From Candidatus Aminicenantes bacterium (GTDB lineage Bacteria > Acidobacteriota > Aminicenantia > UBA2199), in NCBI GenBank assembly GCA_026393835.1, contig JAPKZK010000111.1, positions 32,115-96,114 on the forward strand: 64,000 nt of DNA, in the 5' to 3' direction. This document shows positions 62,031 to 64,000 of this stretch, one piece after another. The first letter of the stretch is position 1. Each line of letters starts with the position of its first letter. Position numbers and translations under genes: made by a program. Below the pieces are notes generated by a model. It had not been told where the DNA came from. It worked only from the letters and a program-made list of their open reading frames with translations, and ran no database searches.

Positions 62031-63053
62031 TTATTTATTCTCTTCCATATAATTGAATACTTTTACCGGGCCCGCGATATCGGCGGTGCATGAATTTGCA
62101 CAGCGTCCACAGCCGACGCACCCGAAGTACCCGTACTTTTCAGGAAGATTTTTGCCTTTCCTGAAGATCCTGTGCCTGAAACGTGCACCCTTGTTTTTCC
62201 TGAAGTTGTGCCCGTCGGCGACAACCGCAAAATCTTCCAGCATACAACCGTCCCAGACCCTGACGCGCTTACCCTCCGCCAATGATAGTTCAACTTCTTC
62301 CCTGGCATCGAAACAGTAACAAGTGGGGCACACCAGTACGCAAGAACCGCAGGAGAAACATTTCTCCCCGAAATGTTCCCATACCGGGTGGTCGAAATTA
62401 TTACCCAGGTATTGGGGAATCACTTCGACGGCCAGTGGGAGTTTCTGGTCATCTTTGACATTGTTCCTGGCGTCTTCGATTTCTTTCATGGAATAATCGT
62501 TTTTAACGGTCCCGGCGTCTTTGAGGTAGTCTTTACCTTTTGGGGTCAGTATCTCTACCACCAGGTGTCCGTCGATTTCCGTCAGCATGATGTCTGCCAC
62601 TTTGCGTCCCTGGTCCTTTGTCACCGACCGCGCAAAGCGATTTTTCTGGGGTTTGGTGGGGTACATACCGATCAAAAGTGAATTCTCTCTCTTTTTCAAA
62701 TAATTTTCATCTCTTTGGCCCTCGGAAAAGGCTTTGTCCATCAGGTAGATAGCAGCAAGGTCATAGTAATGGATGCCCACGATGGTGATGGGTTCGCATT
62801 CATTGACAGCGAGGTAAGATTCCGGTTTCTTGGGGACATATTTCAGAAGAACTTCTTTGGGGGGCTGAAAATATTTTTTGGGAGGGAGAATCGTCACATC
62901 GTAATCAAGACAAAAATCGGAAGCTGCATCCAGTTGGGCAAAGACATAGTGGGAACCTTTTTTCACGACGCCGATGGTCTTCGATTCTTTGGCCGCAATT
63001 TTTCGGTCCAGAAAAGAGTAAAAGTCATTTTTTGAAATTTTTAAAATCTCCAT
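62031..63053 (-). CDS. hydB: Hydrogenase beta subunit (4Fe-4S; AsrA-like)
   Basis: 340 aa. CFSCGSCVLVCPTCYCFD and CVGCGRCANSC clusters. Confidence 0.85.
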   Translation of the reverse strand: MEILKISKNDFYSFLDRKIAAKESKTIGVVKKGSHYVFAQLDAASDFCLDYDVTILPPKKYFQPPKEVLLKYVPKKPESYLAVNECEPITIVGIHYYDLAAIYLMDKAFSEGQRDENYLKKRENSLLIGMYPTKPQKNRFARSVTKDQGRKVADIMLTEIDGHLVVEILTPKGKDYLKDAGTVKNDYSMKEIEDARNNVKDDQKLPLAVEVIPQYLGNNFDHPVWEHFGEKCFSCGSCVLVCPTCYCFDAREEVELSLAEGKRVRVWDGCMLEDFAVVADGHNFRKNKGARFRHRIFRKGKNLPEKYGYFGCVGCGRCANSCTADIAGPVKVFNYMEENK

Positions 63054-63152
63054 TTATAATTCTCCTTCTGTTTATAGGCAACTTTTGTTTTGTAATCGTT
63101 AAAGTTGGGTTCTTTGTTTCCTGCTTTCATGTTAATTTATTAATTAGTTTTT

Positions 63153-63181
63153 ATTATAACAATTACTTCTTCTTTGGTCAA
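63153..63181 (-). promoter_or_regulatory. Candidate promoter of the hydrogenase operon
   Basis: Minus strand: TTGACC (63181-63176), 17-nt spacer, TATAAT (63158-63153); about 100 nt upstream of hydB. Confidence 0.55.
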
Positions 63182-63371
63182 CCTCCTTTGCGTGGAAAAA
63201 AATTTTTTTTAAATTTATTTTTTTAAAATAATATTGCCTTTGGTAGTACCACTCATGATTTGGCTTCTCCCGGCCGGGACTCCGGCTATTAACTTTTAGC
63301 CCCGCATCTGTTATAATACTGCTTAAAATAAACCGGTATGAATTACCGGCAGCGATAATGTATAAACGGAA

Positions 63372-64000
63372 ATGAATGATTCGAAAGCAGCTTCAACCGA
63401 TATAAAGCGTTCCCGGGTAGTAATTAAAGGTATCGTACAGGGCGTGGGGTTCAGACCCTTCCTCTATCGGTCCGCCCAAACTTACAAGCTATCGGGCTTT
63501 GTGAAAAATACCTCGCAGGGCGTCATTCTCGAAGTGGAAGGAAACGGGAAAGACATCACGGATTTTATTTCCCACATCCGGCTTCATCCACCGCCGCTGG
63601 CGCTGATCGAAAGTTGCGAGTCCGGCGAAATTCCCCTGGAATTCCCGGAAACTTTCGAGATATTGTCCAGCGAAGAAAACGGGGAAAGCGACCGGCGCCA
63701 GTTACTGATTTCCCCGGATATCGCCATATGTGATAATTGTATCGCGGAACTTTTCCAGCCGGAAAACAGGAGGTTTCGTTATCCTTTCATCAACTGCACG
63801 GATTGCGGTCCGCGCTTCTCTATTATTCAAGGGTTGCCCTATGACCGACCCAAAACCTCGATGAAAGATTTTGCCATGTGCGGCCCTTGCGAGAAGGAGT
63901 ACCGGGACCCTTACGACCGCCGCTACCATGCGCAGCCGATTTCCTGTTACCGGTGCGGTCCGACGCTCTCGGTGTATGATAGTAAAAATGTGGAACAGGA
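63372..64000 (+). CDS. hypF: Carbamoyltransferase HypF, N-terminal part (runs off the window)
   Basis: My translation from the ATG at 63372: MNDSKAASTDIKRSRVVIKGIVQGVGFRPFLYR... (acylphosphatase domain). It continues with Zn-finger motifs CDNCIAELFQPENRRFRYPFINCTDCGPRFSI and CGPCEKEYRDPYDRRYHAQPISCYRCGP. No stop before 64000. Confidence 0.9.
   Translation, partial: MNDSKAASTDIKRSRVVIKGIVQGVGFRPFLYRSAQTYKLSGFVKNTSQGVILEVEGNGKDITDFISHIRLHPPPLALIESCESGEIPLEFPETFEILSSEENGESDRRQLLISPDIAICDNCIAELFQPENRRFRYPFINCTDCGPRFSIIQGLPYDRPKTSMKDFAMCGPCEKEYRDPYDRRYHAQPISCYRCGPTLSVYDSKNVEQ

Noticed and set aside
63702-63929. 75-aa minus-strand ORF
   Set aside because: It is antisense to the hypF frame, which carries unmistakable Zn-finger motifs.
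1-64000. Integrase, transposase, IS ends, tRNA/rRNA genes or prophage structural genes that could explain the island
   Set aside because: None was recognisable in any of the listed ORFs or in the intergenic regions I read, so no mobile_element feature is reported.

Overview
Densely coding 64-kb window, apparently from an anaerobic bacterium, with recognisable TTGACA-N17-TATAAT promoters. I found no rRNA, tRNA, CRISPR array, integrase or transposase. Left to right: thiI, an AmmeMemoRadiSam-type radical SAM gene, a thioredoxin, a membrane Ser/Thr kinase and two sensor kinases. Next is a MarR-headed hgcA-hgcB mercury-methylation operon. An accessory region (12.8-27.5 kb) follows, holding four paralogous XRE regulators plus one remnant, and two giant secreted proteases (S8 subtilase and metzincin) that share a roughly 700-aa C-terminal module. 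The same region has a 21-bp x 13-14 tandem repeat array and a decayed SPASM/permease locus. A glycan-biosynthesis locus (GT2, GT4 and methyltransferase genes, Wzm/Wzt exporter, sulfotransferase) is split by a roughly 12-kb island at 31.7-43.6 kb. The rest is ordinary: RodZ-like protein, PepD, a MoxR-DUF58-transglutaminase triad, and a group-3b-like four-subunit [NiFe]-hydrogenase with hyp genes and an embedded minimal two-component pair. The island is the main candidate for an undescribed system. It holds a DUF433/DUF5615 TA-like pair and a 2077-aa single ORF combining SIR2-like, NB-ARC (STAND), TPR, FGE-sulfatase-like and Ig-like regions with a second P-loop ATPase. That ORF is operonic with a paralogous ATPase fused to an Mrr-type PD-(D/E)xK nuclease. 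A DUF234 ATPase and an XRE-DUF4065 (Panacea-type)/RelE-like pair complete the island. Short direct repeats, a deleted duplicate of the nuclease gene 3' end, inverted microsatellite hairpins and a duplicated 37-nt upstream element mark its recombination history. All domain calls come from motif recognition by eye; no searches were run.
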